From Bdellovibrionota bacterium (lineage in GTDB: Bacteria > Bdellovibrionota_G > JALEGL01 > DATDPG01): a stretch of 64,000 bases of DNA. Both the position numbers and the translations under genes were made by a program. The DNA is taken from assembly GCA_963668355.1 (NCBI GenBank), contig OY764265.1, positions 2,816,001 to 2,880,000 on the forward strand. Direction: 5' to 3'. Position 1 is the first letter of the stretch. Every line of letters starts with the position of its first letter. The notes under the pieces were generated by a model, which did no database searches, was not told where the DNA came from, and saw only the letters and a program-made list of their open reading frames with translations. Positions 39,637 to 50,600 of the stretch are shown here, piece by piece.

Positions 39637-42624
39637 TTACAAGCCTTGAGGCTTTGGCAAAAGCACCTGATTCACTTCAGGAAGGGGTTCCAAGATAGTC
39701 GTCGTGGGAGAATCCATGTGTTGAATCATCCCATCCAGAAAAGCCTTTTCCAACCGATTCGTGGTGAGCTGTGCGTCCTCCAAAGCACTTGCAGCTTTCT
39801 TCAACACAGATAGTTCTCTCTCTTGCGTTGCGATCAATCTCTCCAATTCATCCGCCTTGGACACATAGTTCTTTCCTAAAGAATGGCCTTCCATCTTCTC
39901 TCCAGCTCTGCGCAAGGCCTGAACTCGCAACTTCCGGAGAGCCAGTCGATTCACAACCTTTGATATCGGCGTTCCGGGACTCATGCGCAGAACCTCATAG
40001 GCACGCATAACCCCTGGCTCGGTCGTAGGAATCTTTATCTTGGAAAGAATCCCTTCTTGGCCCGTAAACAATTCTTCCAAAAAGCGCAGGGCTCGAAAAC
40101 CCTCTTCCATTCTGAGATGAGCTCGAATCCCCAAGGCAGGGTTCCTTACGAATTTGTCGGGACTGTACTTTCTCACAAGTTCCCGATGCGCCTCTCTCAA
40201 ATGCTTCAAAGTCAAACGACTCGGACGTTCTTTAGTTAACCCCAGAACTTCTATGGCTTTTCGAAGGTCCCGGACTCTCCGATAGCCTTCCCGCACACTT
40301 TTCAACGTATCGTAGGCCCGTTTGGCAATCCCTGGAAGAATCGGGGCCACCCACATCACTTGATTGGAAATGGCTATCCAGCTCCTGGCAGCTCGAAGGC
40401 CTCTATACTTTTCGGGATTGTCTCGATTTCCCGGAGACCTGGCGTGGGCCAAATGGACCAGAGGGCTTCCAATATGCCATGCAAAGAACCCGACAAAAAT
40501 CCCCTCCACTCCGCTAAGCAAAATTTTAAACACCAACGGATTCAATAAGATTTTTCCGACGATGGCCGCTCCTCCAAACACGATGGCCACACCAGCGAAG
40601 ATGGGAATTTGCCCCGGATGATCTTCCAAATGCCACAGGAAACGAAACGGTGTATAAACCAAATCTCTCAGAGCCAGATCGGTTTCCAATCGATCCAAGT
40701 GGTAATCCACATTACTCACAATTCGATTGGGGAAATTGGGAAGGTTCAGAGCCTCCATGTTTCCTTCCGCCTCAGCTCGGCTTAAGGCCTCTTCTTCAGC
40801 CCAAGTCTGGGGATCTCGAACGAGCTCTTTTTCCAAGTCAGGAAGCGGATAAAGTGATTCAAGATTGATGAGGTCCTGAGCAAATCCCTCCTTGTAGAAA
40901 CTTGATTCATGTTCATGACGCAATTGTCGAACTCCTGATGCCGTGGAATACAAAACGCCATAGTGAGAAAGAAATTCCTTTACCAACCCTCCAAGCCACC
41001 GGTCCGATGAGCAGATTTCTCCCAATTCTTCGCACTGATTCTGCAGCTTGAACATTTGCTCAACGCTCCACTCCTTTAGAATGTCCAAATGGCCATTCGA
41101 GAAAAAGCGCATATTTGAACTCAACACCTCAATTCCTTTTCGTTGAGGAAAGAAGAAACGATTTATTTTTTTTCGTTTATCCTCTTGGACCGAGGACATC
41201 TCCGGGAAAGCAATCGGTTGAGACACATCCCCCTCCAACAAATGAAGAACCCAATCGGGAAGATGCTTCAAATCCAACTCAATGATTCGAACCAAAACAG
41301 GCAAGACATAAGGATGCTCAAGATCCATCAGTGCATCGAAAACCTTTTCGTAAAATTCGCTCTCGTAGAGGATTCGCATGCCGCGTTCTTTCCTCAAAAA
41401 TTTGGAGGGTGGAGGCGCCCCATCCACACAATCTTCTCTCATATTACACGGAAGAATTTGGGGGAAATCTTTCAAGGCTTTTTCCACAAAGGGGCTCCAG
41501 AGATCTTTTTCAATGAGTTTGTGTCCGGCAAAGATCCTTCTTCTCAACTCCCGCTCCATGCGAGCATGCCAAATTCCCATGATCTTAGGATCTTCATTGA
41601 GGGGAACCTGGTCAGTAGAGATGCGCATCGCAAAATCGGCGATGACCTGATTTCCAATATTGGCATCACCATATCCGAGCGTAATCTCCAACGTGGTCAT
41701 TTCTTCTTTGAGTAGTTCCAGAAAAACCTGTTGATCTCCCTGGGTCTGAACAAATCCAGGAAACGTTCTTTCCTTGAACGTTCTTCTAAGAAATTGGAGC
41801 CACTCAAACTTCTGGCGAAAAGATTGAAGCGCGAATTCTGGGATCACATTCCAGCGCTCTTCGACCTTTGGTTCCACAAGCTGACGAACCTGCGAAAAGA
41901 GCGGATTCAATTTTTCGACTTCCTCAACAATCATTTCCAGCTCTTCCAAATTTCTCGCGATGGAAAGAGGCGTCAGCTCAAGGGACTCTTTAAATACATT
42001 CATGGCCAGTACACAAACCCGAGAACGCAGAGGGGATGGAATTGACCACATCACTCCTGGCTCCGGAGACAATTCCATTTTTCGAGCCTCATACTCCAAG
42101 GAACGATTGGCGATGAAGTCGAAACCGCCTCTCCCCAATCGTTTCATAAGGTAGTAATTGAGATAGAACACGCCAATTGGTTCAAAACTCGTACTTTCCA
42201 GATCCTCTTGACTAAATTTTTCGATCGATTTGGGAAATTCACCTTCAGGCGTGGGTTCATGTTTCGTAAAGTAGCCATGAGATTTTTCCATGACTTGGTT
42301 ACGAACATGAAAATAAATGAACCTTGCTTTTTGCCGTGCGATCTCCCGTTTTGAAAGTTTCAGAGGTTGCCCAAGACGTAAACGAACTTCCTCAGCCGAA
42401 AATTCGGAAGCCCCTCGATCAAAGTTGAATTGAGCATAGGATCCTTGAAAACCTGAAAGTCGAACCAAGTCCAACATCTGAGCGACCGCCTTCGGTCCAT
42501 CCAACACACAGGCCCGATGGATGTCCACGGGGCTCGAAATGGCTGTAACCGGATAAAATCCAAGAAGGCCCCAAAGAACCCCAGAAATCGCCCACCCCGA
42601 CTTAAATTTCCCCAAAAGCTTCAC
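39637..42624 (-). CDS. Large orphan exported/membrane protein with C-terminal degenerate J-domain(s)
   Basis: 995-aa ORF with an N-terminal hydrophobic segment, TM-like segments near 40325-40610, and AIEVLGL...LREAHRELVRKYSPDK. Confidence 0.7.
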   Translation of the reverse strand: MKLLGKFKSGWAISGVLWGLLGFYPVTAISSPVDIHRACVLDGPKAVAQMLDLVRLSGFQGSYAQFNFDRGASEFSAEEVRLRLGQPLKLSKREIARQKARFIYFHVRNQVMEKSHGYFTKHEPTPEGEFPKSIEKFSQEDLESTSFEPIGVFYLNYYLMKRLGRGGFDFIANRSLEYEARKMELSPEPGVMWSIPSPLRSRVCVLAMNVFKESLELTPLSIARNLEELEMIVEEVEKLNPLFSQVRQLVEPKVEERWNVIPEFALQSFRQKFEWLQFLRRTFKERTFPGFVQTQGDQQVFLELLKEEMTTLEITLGYGDANIGNQVIADFAMRISTDQVPLNEDPKIMGIWHARMERELRRRIFAGHKLIEKDLWSPFVEKALKDFPQILPCNMREDCVDGAPPPSKFLRKERGMRILYESEFYEKVFDALMDLEHPYVLPVLVRIIELDLKHLPDWVLHLLEGDVSQPIAFPEMSSVQEDKRKKINRFFFPQRKGIEVLSSNMRFFSNGHLDILKEWSVEQMFKLQNQCEELGEICSSDRWLGGLVKEFLSHYGVLYSTASGVRQLRHEHESSFYKEGFAQDLINLESLYPLPDLEKELVRDPQTWAEEEALSRAEAEGNMEALNLPNFPNRIVSNVDYHLDRLETDLALRDLVYTPFRFLWHLEDHPGQIPIFAGVAIVFGGAAIVGKILLNPLVFKILLSGVEGIFVGFFAWHIGSPLVHLAHARSPGNRDNPEKYRGLRAARSWIAISNQVMWVAPILPGIAKRAYDTLKSVREGYRRVRDLRKAIEVLGLTKERPSRLTLKHLREAHRELVRKYSPDKFVRNPALGIRAHLRMEEGFRALRFLEELFTGQEGILSKIKIPTTEPGVMRAYEVLRMSPGTPISKVVNRLALRKLRVQALRRAGEKMEGHSLGKNYVSKADELERLIATQERELSVLKKAASALEDAQLTTNRLEKAFLDGMIQHMDSPTTTILEPLPEVNQVLLPKPQGL

Positions 42625-42636
42625 GGACGAGAATTT

Positions 42637-42652
42637 TGCAAAGAAAATGCCA
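42637..42652 (-). promoter_or_regulatory. Putative sigma54 (-24/-12) promoter
   Basis: TGGCATTTTCTTTGCA with exact GG-N10-GC spacing. An IHF-like site (ACTCAACCCATTG, 42674-42686) and an AT tract lie upstream. Confidence 0.6.
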
Positions 42653-42797
42653 TAGAAGGTAAGAAGGAAAGAAACTCAACCCATTGTTTTTATTTATTTT
42701 TTCTATTTCAAATGAAGATTCTCGCAGAATCCCCCGAAGCGGTATTCTTTTCTGAGACACGAAATCCCCGTTTCAGGTCTTCCACAGAAAAGTCCGG

Positions 42798-43226
42798 CTA
42801 CTTTTGAAATCTTCGTTTGAAATCTTCTGGAATGGGCTGAAGACGCCGAGCCTCATAATCAAAAAAGGCCATCCCCGTTTTCGCCTGGGATAGTATTTTC
42901 CCCGTGGTGAGATTGGTCGCATGATAGAAAAGATCGAAACGGGTTCGAGAAAGATCGCCCACGGCAATTTCGATTTTTATTCGATCTCCTTGAAACCCTT
43001 CGGATTTATACACAACCACGGAGTCGGTCATGATGAGTCCCAGACCAAAAACATCCCCTTCGTTCTTTCCCCCGAGGCTTTTCAGGAAAGTCACGCGAGC
43101 CTCTTGAAGCAACGACAAAAGGGAGTCGTTTCCCAAATGCCCCCCATAATTTAAATCTCCTACTCGGATGGAAAGCTCTGTGGAGAAGGGGAACGTTGAA
43201 GGCATTTCTAAAAAGGTCCGATTCAT
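42798..43226 (-). CDS. Acyl-CoA thioesterase (hotdog, 4HBT-like)
   Basis: IRVGDLNYGGHLGND, QEARV, AKTGMAFFDY. Confidence 0.88.
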   Translation of the reverse strand: MNRTFLEMPSTFPFSTELSIRVGDLNYGGHLGNDSLLSLLQEARVTFLKSLGGKNEGDVFGLGLIMTDSVVVYKSEGFQGDRIKIEIAVGDLSRTRFDLFYHATNLTTGKILSQAKTGMAFFDYEARRLQPIPEDFKRRFQK

Positions 43227-43324
43227 GAGCCCTACGTACACCAAACCACAAGGCCTTCACAATGTTGTTCTACTACCTTGGTGCGACGCGTTGAGTGTGC
43301 TATAACGCTGCTGTTTAAACGAAA

Positions 43325-44338
43325 ATGTTCGTAAGGGGATTTAAAAGACTTCTTTTTCTTGCGGTGGCTATGTTGGCCATTTCGACGGCCCAGGCGTTCA
43401 ATACGCCTCTGATTCAAGGACATTTGGACTCCAGTTCCATTCCCAATTTTGATCCGTCTACGCACGGCTTTTGGCTTCTTTACAACACTACCCGTGGCTT
43501 GAAGATGCAATCTCGATACGAAGTCCTACCCGTGCATTTCAATTCTAAAGGGGACTTTGAGATTCCTGCCCTCAAATTTGGATGGAAAGAGTTCAAATTT
43601 CAATCCCATAAAAAAGATAAACACCAAGGACTTATTGGAAATTCCAAGACCTCTTACCCCGGCCCCAAAAAGGTTCGACTTCTCTTGGTAAAGAATTCTG
43701 AATTGCGTGAAGGAAATCGATCTAAGGTCCTGCTTCAATTTTTTGAAGATGACATGGATTTTCTCGATCCCAATCACCTCTCCACCCTGGGTTGGTTGGA
43801 CATTCAAATGGATCAATGCGAAGAAACAGATACTTGTGGCCCGGAGTTTTTTGAACAAGCCATGGAAAATCTGAGGATCTTTCCCCTTTCACTCTCTCTT
43901 AAGCCAATCAACGATCGAGTTTCCAGACTGCTGGAAGGACTGAGCCCGGATTCTCCGTCCATTCACCTCAACCTGACTACGCACCTCACAAAGATGTTCA
44001 TCTCCGACTATCAAAAGGATGCCCTACTGTACTATTTCGCGACCGAGGAAAACCCTCGTGTCCTTCTCTCGGGGTGGGTTAACTTTCGAGTGGATCGTTC
44101 ACGCTTAGACCATGTGATCCATGTCCCCTCCAACCTCCCGCCTTATGAGTACTATGTCTCTCCTCACCAAAGCCACAGAGGAATCTGCTCGCATGTCCAA
44201 AGAGATTCCACAGCTTTCCAATGGAAACTACACATCCCCGATAAACTCGTTGAGGTATCTCCCGATTTTCATGAAATCGATCTCCATTTGAAACTGACCT
44301 ACCCCTTCACGCGAATGGATTTGTCTCAGGGCGACTAA
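43325..44338 (+). CDS. Hypothetical secreted protein
   Basis: Signal peptide ending AQA-F; extended -10 (TGCTATAAC) upstream; no family recognised. Confidence 0.65.
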   Translation: MFVRGFKRLLFLAVAMLAISTAQAFNTPLIQGHLDSSSIPNFDPSTHGFWLLYNTTRGLKMQSRYEVLPVHFNSKGDFEIPALKFGWKEFKFQSHKKDKHQGLIGNSKTSYPGPKKVRLLLVKNSELREGNRSKVLLQFFEDDMDFLDPNHLSTLGWLDIQMDQCEETDTCGPEFFEQAMENLRIFPLSLSLKPINDRVSRLLEGLSPDSPSIHLNLTTHLTKMFISDYQKDALLYYFATEENPRVLLSGWVNFRVDRSRLDHVIHVPSNLPPYEYYVSPHQSHRGICSHVQRDSTAFQWKLHIPDKLVEVSPDFHEIDLHLKLTYPFTRMDLSQGD

Positions 44339-44408
44339 GGCGGGGGTTTCTCGCTGAAAAATGAAAAGGATGCTAATTTGGCTTCGAGCATCGCCTGAGG
44401 AGAAATAT

Positions 44409-44846
44409 ATGCCATCAAACTTTGAGACCTTTTGGGAACTAGGTTCCTTTGCTGTGGTGGGAAACCAAAAAGCCCGAAACTTTCCAAAACTCACTTACAC
44501 CGCGCTTAAAAATAAAGGAAAAAGGGTGTTCCCCGTGGACCCCTCCATTCCAAAGGTGGATGACGATCTCACCTACACAAACCTTCAAGCCCTTCCGGAG
44601 CCGGTAGAAGGCGTAATTTTGGAAGTCCCCAAAGAAGAAACAACCTTCTGGATCGACCAAGCGGCCAAAGCCAACATCAAAGACCTCTGGATTCATATGC
44701 GAAGAGAAACACCCGAAGCCGTTGCATTAGCTCAGAAAAATGGAATGAATGTTCGATTCGGTACGTGTGCCGTCATGTATTTAACCGACCGGCTCACTTA
44801 TCACTCCATCCATAAGTGGATCATGAAAACGATGGGGAAGTACTAA
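44409..44846 (+). CDS. CoA-binding domain protein (YccU-like)
   Basis: FAVVG, VFPVDP, Y.NL.ALPEPVEGV, WIH, GTCAVM; GAGGAG SD before the ATG at 44409. Confidence 0.85.
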   Translation: MPSNFETFWELGSFAVVGNQKARNFPKLTYTALKNKGKRVFPVDPSIPKVDDDLTYTNLQALPEPVEGVILEVPKEETTFWIDQAAKANIKDLWIHMRRETPEAVALAQKNGMNVRFGTCAVMYLTDRLTYHSIHKWIMKTMGKY

Positions 44847-44850
44847 AAAA

Positions 44851-47655
44851 CTAAAGTTGGCCTACAGCAAAATGAAATTCGCCGAAGGATTCCCCAGGTC
44901 TGCGATCCAGCTTAATTCCAAAGTCCAGGCGCAAGGGACCAAAGAAGGTGTTGTACCGTAGCCCTACCCCAGCGGTATTTCGTATATCAAAGGGATTGAA
45001 ATCTGAATTCGAGACATACGCGTTTCCTCCGTCCGAAAACACCGCGAAATCAAAACCATCAAACAATGGAAAAAGAACTTCGGCCATAAAATTAAACATG
45101 CTGTTCCCACCGGGCGCTTGTTGCAAGACAGAATCGGAGCAGTTTTCAGGAAGGTCGCTGTCCACCCCTCCAATGCAATTTCGGCCAAATCCTCGAAGGC
45201 TATTGTTCCCTCCCAATCTGAACCGTTTCTCGATGGGGATCGCCGAAATTCCTTGAGAAGTGGTTTTTCCATAGGTTCCAGAAAATCCAAATCTAACGGA
45301 AAGAACAAAACGGATTTTGCGATAAAGGGGGAAAAACATCGAATTTCTCACCGTCAATCGATAGAAATCCGCTTCAGACCAAAAAAAGTTATGATACAAA
45401 CCAAAATCAACTCGATGAAAGCTACCCTCGGTCGGATTTAAAACATCGTTTCTTCGATCAAAATCCAAAATCGCAGCCACCGATCCAAACCTAGCCGACT
45501 GCTCATCAATGGGACTAAGCTCTGCAGGATCAATTTGAATGTTGAAAGGATTTCGAAACTCAAGTTCATACTGAAGTTGAGGCCGAAACCAACGGGTAAT
45601 CTCCGTATTCAACCCCACGATCACACTTCTTCGATCAATATCGTATTGTCGTTCTTCTGCACGTTCATTGATGAAATGTGCATGTCCCGACATGGGACCA
45701 ATCAAGTGAGGCTCGCGATACGTAAGCATCTCCCGGTGTTCCCACACTCGAAAATCGCGCACTTTTCGATTGACCCTTCCTTGAGCCGTCGCACTTCGGC
45801 CGGTTCCTGCAATATTAATATATCCCAACTCTACGGCACCGCGGGCACCGTCATCCGTAGAAAACCCTGGACGAATCCGTACGGAACGCTTTTTCTTTTC
45901 TCGAAGCGTAATTAAGAGATCCTCTTGCCCCGTAGTGGGATCGTGATTCATCTCTTCAAAAGACACGCTTTCAAAAAACCCCAAACGAAGCAACGCCCGA
46001 CGACTATCCCGAATTCGATTTGGATCGTATCGATCTCCCGCTGCAACGCTCAATTCTCTTCGAATGACATACTCTTCCGTATGTCGATTCCCACGAATGA
46101 TAACGTCCCTCAAATGAACTAAAGGGCCTTCCTGAATAGCTACTTCATAGGTCACCCGCCCTTGCGAAATACTGTTGATGTCGGGCACTTGAACATCCAC
46201 ATATTTGAAGCCTTCCTCCTGGTAAGCCTTTTTCAGTTCTTCTTTTTTCTCCATGAGTTTCAGAGGATTTATGGGATCTCCGTCCTTCATCTGAAAGAGA
46301 TCCTCAACGAACCGATTGGAAAAATGTCGATTACCTTGAATCCGTAAACTGGAAAACACTGATCGCTCATTTTCAGAAACTTCAAACGACGCCGAAGCAT
46401 ATTTTTGATCCTGTGAGAACGAAATTCGAGGCTCCGAAATCTTCGCTCGTAGAAATCCCTGAGATTGATAAAAGGCAATTAAGTCATAGGAGGCCTGATT
46501 CAGTTCGTCCAACACGAACGTTCCGGACCGGATATGTTCAGGGGCCAACGAATATATTTCTTTCTGCAATCGCTTTTCAGGAAAAAAACGATTCCCATGA
46601 AAATGAATTTCTTCTAAGCGAACTTTCGGCCCTCTTTCGATCTCAAAAACAATTTCACGCCGTTTTTTGGATCCCGAAGCAGGATCATCCAGGCATTGAA
46701 TCTGCGCGTGTGGGTATCCCCTTTTTCGATAGAAATCCTTGATTCCAGAAATTGCAGTGGCTTCAACCCAGGCTTGGTTAAACTTCCTTTCGTCTTCCAA
46801 AGCAATGGCTTTGCGAAGCATACTATCTCGTTCAAAAGCAAACGTATTTCCTCTGAAACGCACCTCCACCGACGACCCAACCCGAACCTCCAAAACCAGG
46901 CGTCCACGAGAAAGGTTCTTAGAATAGATGATTTCAGATCGATCGATCGCCGCAGACAAGAATTCACGGTCCTTTAATTCGGACCGAATGTTTTCGATTC
47001 CTTGTTCCAGATGTTTTCCGTCACAACGGTCCCCAACGTTCATATTCAGCCAACTTGCAAAGTCAGCCTGCGTTACGGGAAAACGATCAATCGACCAGTC
47101 AATTTCCTCCACAATACAGGGTTCATTCTCTGTGATATCGATCTTGAGGTCCGCTTCTGTGCGATCCTCTAATTCCAATAAAAGAATGGAAACATCTGCA
47201 TGAGGAAAACCTCGGTAATGCAAATACTTTTTCAACCGATCCTTTACGTCTTCCAATTGTCCGGGATTCAATTCATCCTTTTCCCTTAAATTCAAAGACT
47301 CCTTTATGGAATCTCTCTTGAGGGTTTTCAGGCCATTTACTTCTATATTTCGAATCAAGGGCCGTGGCTTAATCACGACATGAATTCGCCCGCCTTCCAA
47401 GCGCTCCGTGCGCAATTCATTGACTGGATATTTGAGAAAAAAGCGCTTCAATGCCTCTGAAAGTCTTTGATCGGAAATGTCCTCATCTAGAAAGTCACTG
47501 AAGAAAATTTCCGCTTGTCTTTTTAAATGTGGGTCAGGACACTCCACTTGAACAAAGGAAGACGGCAACGCAGACACTTGGCCCAGAAACAAAAGCCCGA
47601 TCAAAAAGCTCAAAAAGAGCGATCTAAAATTCAAATCCAAATTCAACGTCCACAC
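44851..47655 (-). CDS. Second Omp85-family protein (BamA/TamA-like) with about 6-7 POTRA repeats
   Basis: Repeated xxIxxxGN...Y..xGF units, LGGNNSLRGF, GLRYNTFFGPLRLDFG. Confidence 0.88.
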   Translation of the reverse strand: MWTLNLDLNFRSLFLSFLIGLLFLGQVSALPSSFVQVECPDPHLKRQAEIFFSDFLDEDISDQRLSEALKRFFLKYPVNELRTERLEGGRIHVVIKPRPLIRNIEVNGLKTLKRDSIKESLNLREKDELNPGQLEDVKDRLKKYLHYRGFPHADVSILLLELEDRTEADLKIDITENEPCIVEEIDWSIDRFPVTQADFASWLNMNVGDRCDGKHLEQGIENIRSELKDREFLSAAIDRSEIIYSKNLSRGRLVLEVRVGSSVEVRFRGNTFAFERDSMLRKAIALEDERKFNQAWVEATAISGIKDFYRKRGYPHAQIQCLDDPASGSKKRREIVFEIERGPKVRLEEIHFHGNRFFPEKRLQKEIYSLAPEHIRSGTFVLDELNQASYDLIAFYQSQGFLRAKISEPRISFSQDQKYASASFEVSENERSVFSSLRIQGNRHFSNRFVEDLFQMKDGDPINPLKLMEKKEELKKAYQEEGFKYVDVQVPDINSISQGRVTYEVAIQEGPLVHLRDVIIRGNRHTEEYVIRRELSVAAGDRYDPNRIRDSRRALLRLGFFESVSFEEMNHDPTTGQEDLLITLREKKKRSVRIRPGFSTDDGARGAVELGYINIAGTGRSATAQGRVNRKVRDFRVWEHREMLTYREPHLIGPMSGHAHFINERAEERQYDIDRRSVIVGLNTEITRWFRPQLQYELEFRNPFNIQIDPAELSPIDEQSARFGSVAAILDFDRRNDVLNPTEGSFHRVDFGLYHNFFWSEADFYRLTVRNSMFFPLYRKIRFVLSVRFGFSGTYGKTTSQGISAIPIEKRFRLGGNNSLRGFGRNCIGGVDSDLPENCSDSVLQQAPGGNSMFNFMAEVLFPLFDGFDFAVFSDGGNAYVSNSDFNPFDIRNTAGVGLRYNTFFGPLRLDFGIKLDRRPGESFGEFHFAVGQL

Positions 47656-50600
47656 CTAAGTCATATTCGTTTTCATCTTCATCTCGATTATCTCGCAAAC
47701 TTCCTTGCATGGAAAAATTACGGTTTAGCCTTTGTTCAACGCGCACCGTATTCTCAGAGCCAATTTCAAACAAATCTGTCGAATAAAGCAATTGGAGCGA
47801 GGGAAGCACTTTTTTGCCAACCGTCATTTTTAAACCCGTTGTTTTGGTACTCTCTGAAAAATAAGGAACAAACTGAAAGGTATCAATGATCTTGGCTTTC
47901 TTGAGGCCACTCTCCAATCGAGACTGAATCGGTCCGGAAAGAACCGTTGGCAAAAGCGAAGAGGAGAGACTTTGATCACTGGCCCCCGATTGCAACAATT
48001 CGTCGGAGTCCACCCCAAGTGTTAGCAATGCAACAATATTTGTTTCATCTTTAACGGGTTGACTGGAAAGAAAAGCCTGGATGTTCTTACCCTCACTTCG
48101 AATGTCCAAAAAGATATCTGTATCCAAGACACGTGTTCTGGCTGTAACATCAACATTGGTCGCAATGTTTTCCGTTGAAGTAAAACGGACATTACCTGTC
48201 GTAATCTCAAACGTGTTGTCTAGAAAAAGAACCTCTCCATCAATAACTTCAATATTACCCAGAAGACCATAGGCAACTTCAGACCCAGTAAGCCTCAAAT
48301 CCATTCGCAAGGTGGCCGTCGCGATATCGTTTCGGACAAATACCGTGTCCCCCTCAGATCGGATTCGAATATTGAAGCGCAGCTTTTCTTCATCTGAACC
48401 GAAAACCCTTCCAATTCGTCTTCCGGAACTGAGGGTCAGTATCCGGCTTTTCCAGTCCCATTGCTCTCGGTAGGTTGCCCGGTGAATGAGAACATCTCCT
48501 TGAAGCGTTGGACGATCGAGTCTTCCCAGCAAACTCAAGTTCCCTGAAAGTTCAGCGGGGAGCCAGGTTGGAACACGAAGGAAAAGCCGATCCAAATGAA
48601 AATCCATGAGAATATTTGGAGATTCCTCCAGGCCAGAAACCTGGAGACTTCCTTTTCCTCTCACTTTCCCCTCTGCAAGATTGGCCTCAAAAGCATCCAC
48701 AAAAACGCGTTTCTGGTTTAGCGTCGCATGCAAGTTAATATTTTCAATGGCATGGGGGATGTCCAGGATTTGAATCATCCCGCCTTCTACATCCAGGTGG
48801 CCTTGAAAATTTGGCGAGTTCGTGGTTCCCGCTAAATCCAACGACACCTCTGTTTTACCCTCGGCTCTCGTTACATTGGACGTCAGTAAGGAAAGAACAC
48901 GTAACGCGAGACTCCCTTTCATCGAAAACGCTAAACGGTTTTGAAGGTCAATCTGCCCGTTTGCGTTTAAGTTGGTTGACGGCCCTTCAAGCTGAATCGA
49001 GGGAAGAGAAAGAGTGCCGTTTTTGATTTCGATTTTCACAGGATGTGTCGATTCGACAAACCAATCGCCTTGGGAAATTTTCATTTCATGGACACCCACC
49101 TCTCCCTTCCAAGAGGTCCTTTTTTGCAGATTCCCAAGGAACTTCCAATCTCCAGAGATTTGAGAAGATACGTTTTGCCAAAAAGGAGTCATGGAAAATT
49201 GTTTAAAAGCACCCCTGCCTTCCAACATGCTTCCATCGAGTAAGTTCACTCGCCCCTCAGCCGTGATTTCCGATTCTTTATAAATCAAAGCCCAATTCAA
49301 TTGACTCAAAGGACCTTGCGTCTTGACTTCACAGTCTCCTCGACGAACAACTTCATCATTCACATCAAAAACGGTTAATTCGGTCTTAAATAGTGGGTCT
49401 TCCAAAGCTTCCTTCAACAGCACTTTTCCAGAGACTCGATTCACGAAAGAGGAAACTGCAGTGGGTACGTTGAGAAGAGAGAGAGGAAGGGAATCAATTT
49501 CTGCCTCAAAATCACGAAAAACGACTGGGCCCACGCTTCCTTTGGCCTCAACTTTACCACCTTCCCAATCCAATTGGGCTTTTTCCACAAACCAATCTTC
49601 CTTGGAAAAATTCAAAATCAAATCCAGATCACGAAAATCTTCGGTCATCCAAGAAACCGGATTCCCCTGTATACTCAGCCGCCCCTCGGGATGCATCGCT
49701 GTGCCGACCAAAAGTAAAGATCCGGATGAAACTCCTTCGATGGAACGAAGAAACCCATAGCGACGACGGCCGATATCGGCCAACCAGCCCAAGTCAAAAT
49801 CTGCCCAGGCCAGAGACAAATCAATCGGACCCTCTGCTCCATCCCGAAGATTTCCATCCAATTTCAGACTTCCCTTTTCACTGAAAAGCCTAAATTGCTT
49901 GAGACGAGTGCCTTTTTCATAAAACTCGACTTCTCCTTCAAGACGCTTGGGAGAACGATTTCCGTATCGCAAAGGGCTGATCGACAAATTCAAACGGGCT
50001 GAGAAAACATCGCCATTCACATCCAGCCCTCCGGAAACCCTTCCCAAACCCGAGAGTGGATCTTCTTCCGGAAATACGTCACCCACATTTTCCAGTTCAG
50101 CTTGCCAGACACCTTTTGCTTTTCCGGGTGCTGGAAAATCGAACTGAAAACTTCCCTTTCCTCCTGCCAGATTTAGTTCTCCTTCATCCAAAAAGAAGTT
50201 TCGACTTTGCGACCATCCCAATTTTCCCTTGATGTCCACTTTCTTAAATTCAAAAGGCAAGTAAGGACTCATTTCCTTGCCAACGTTCAACATGAGACGA
50301 TCGGAACGAATGCGATAATTCGCAGACATCGAAAAGGGAAGAATTCCCAATTTTCCATCCATATCGACATCTACCCAGCCGTCCAAAGCAGCTGTACTGC
50401 TCGGGTGGGAAACAGTTCGAACCGTTTTGTAAGAAGCCTTCTCGGCCTTGAGCGAAAATTCACCCACTCTTCCTGGAGCCAAATGGCTTACGTTTAGGTC
50501 AAAGGTGGCATCAGGGAGAAAAATCTTTCCTTTCAATTGGCTCAATCGATCTTTTCTTGCAGAAAAAGAAAATTTGCCATGGCCAAAAGACCGCTTCCTC

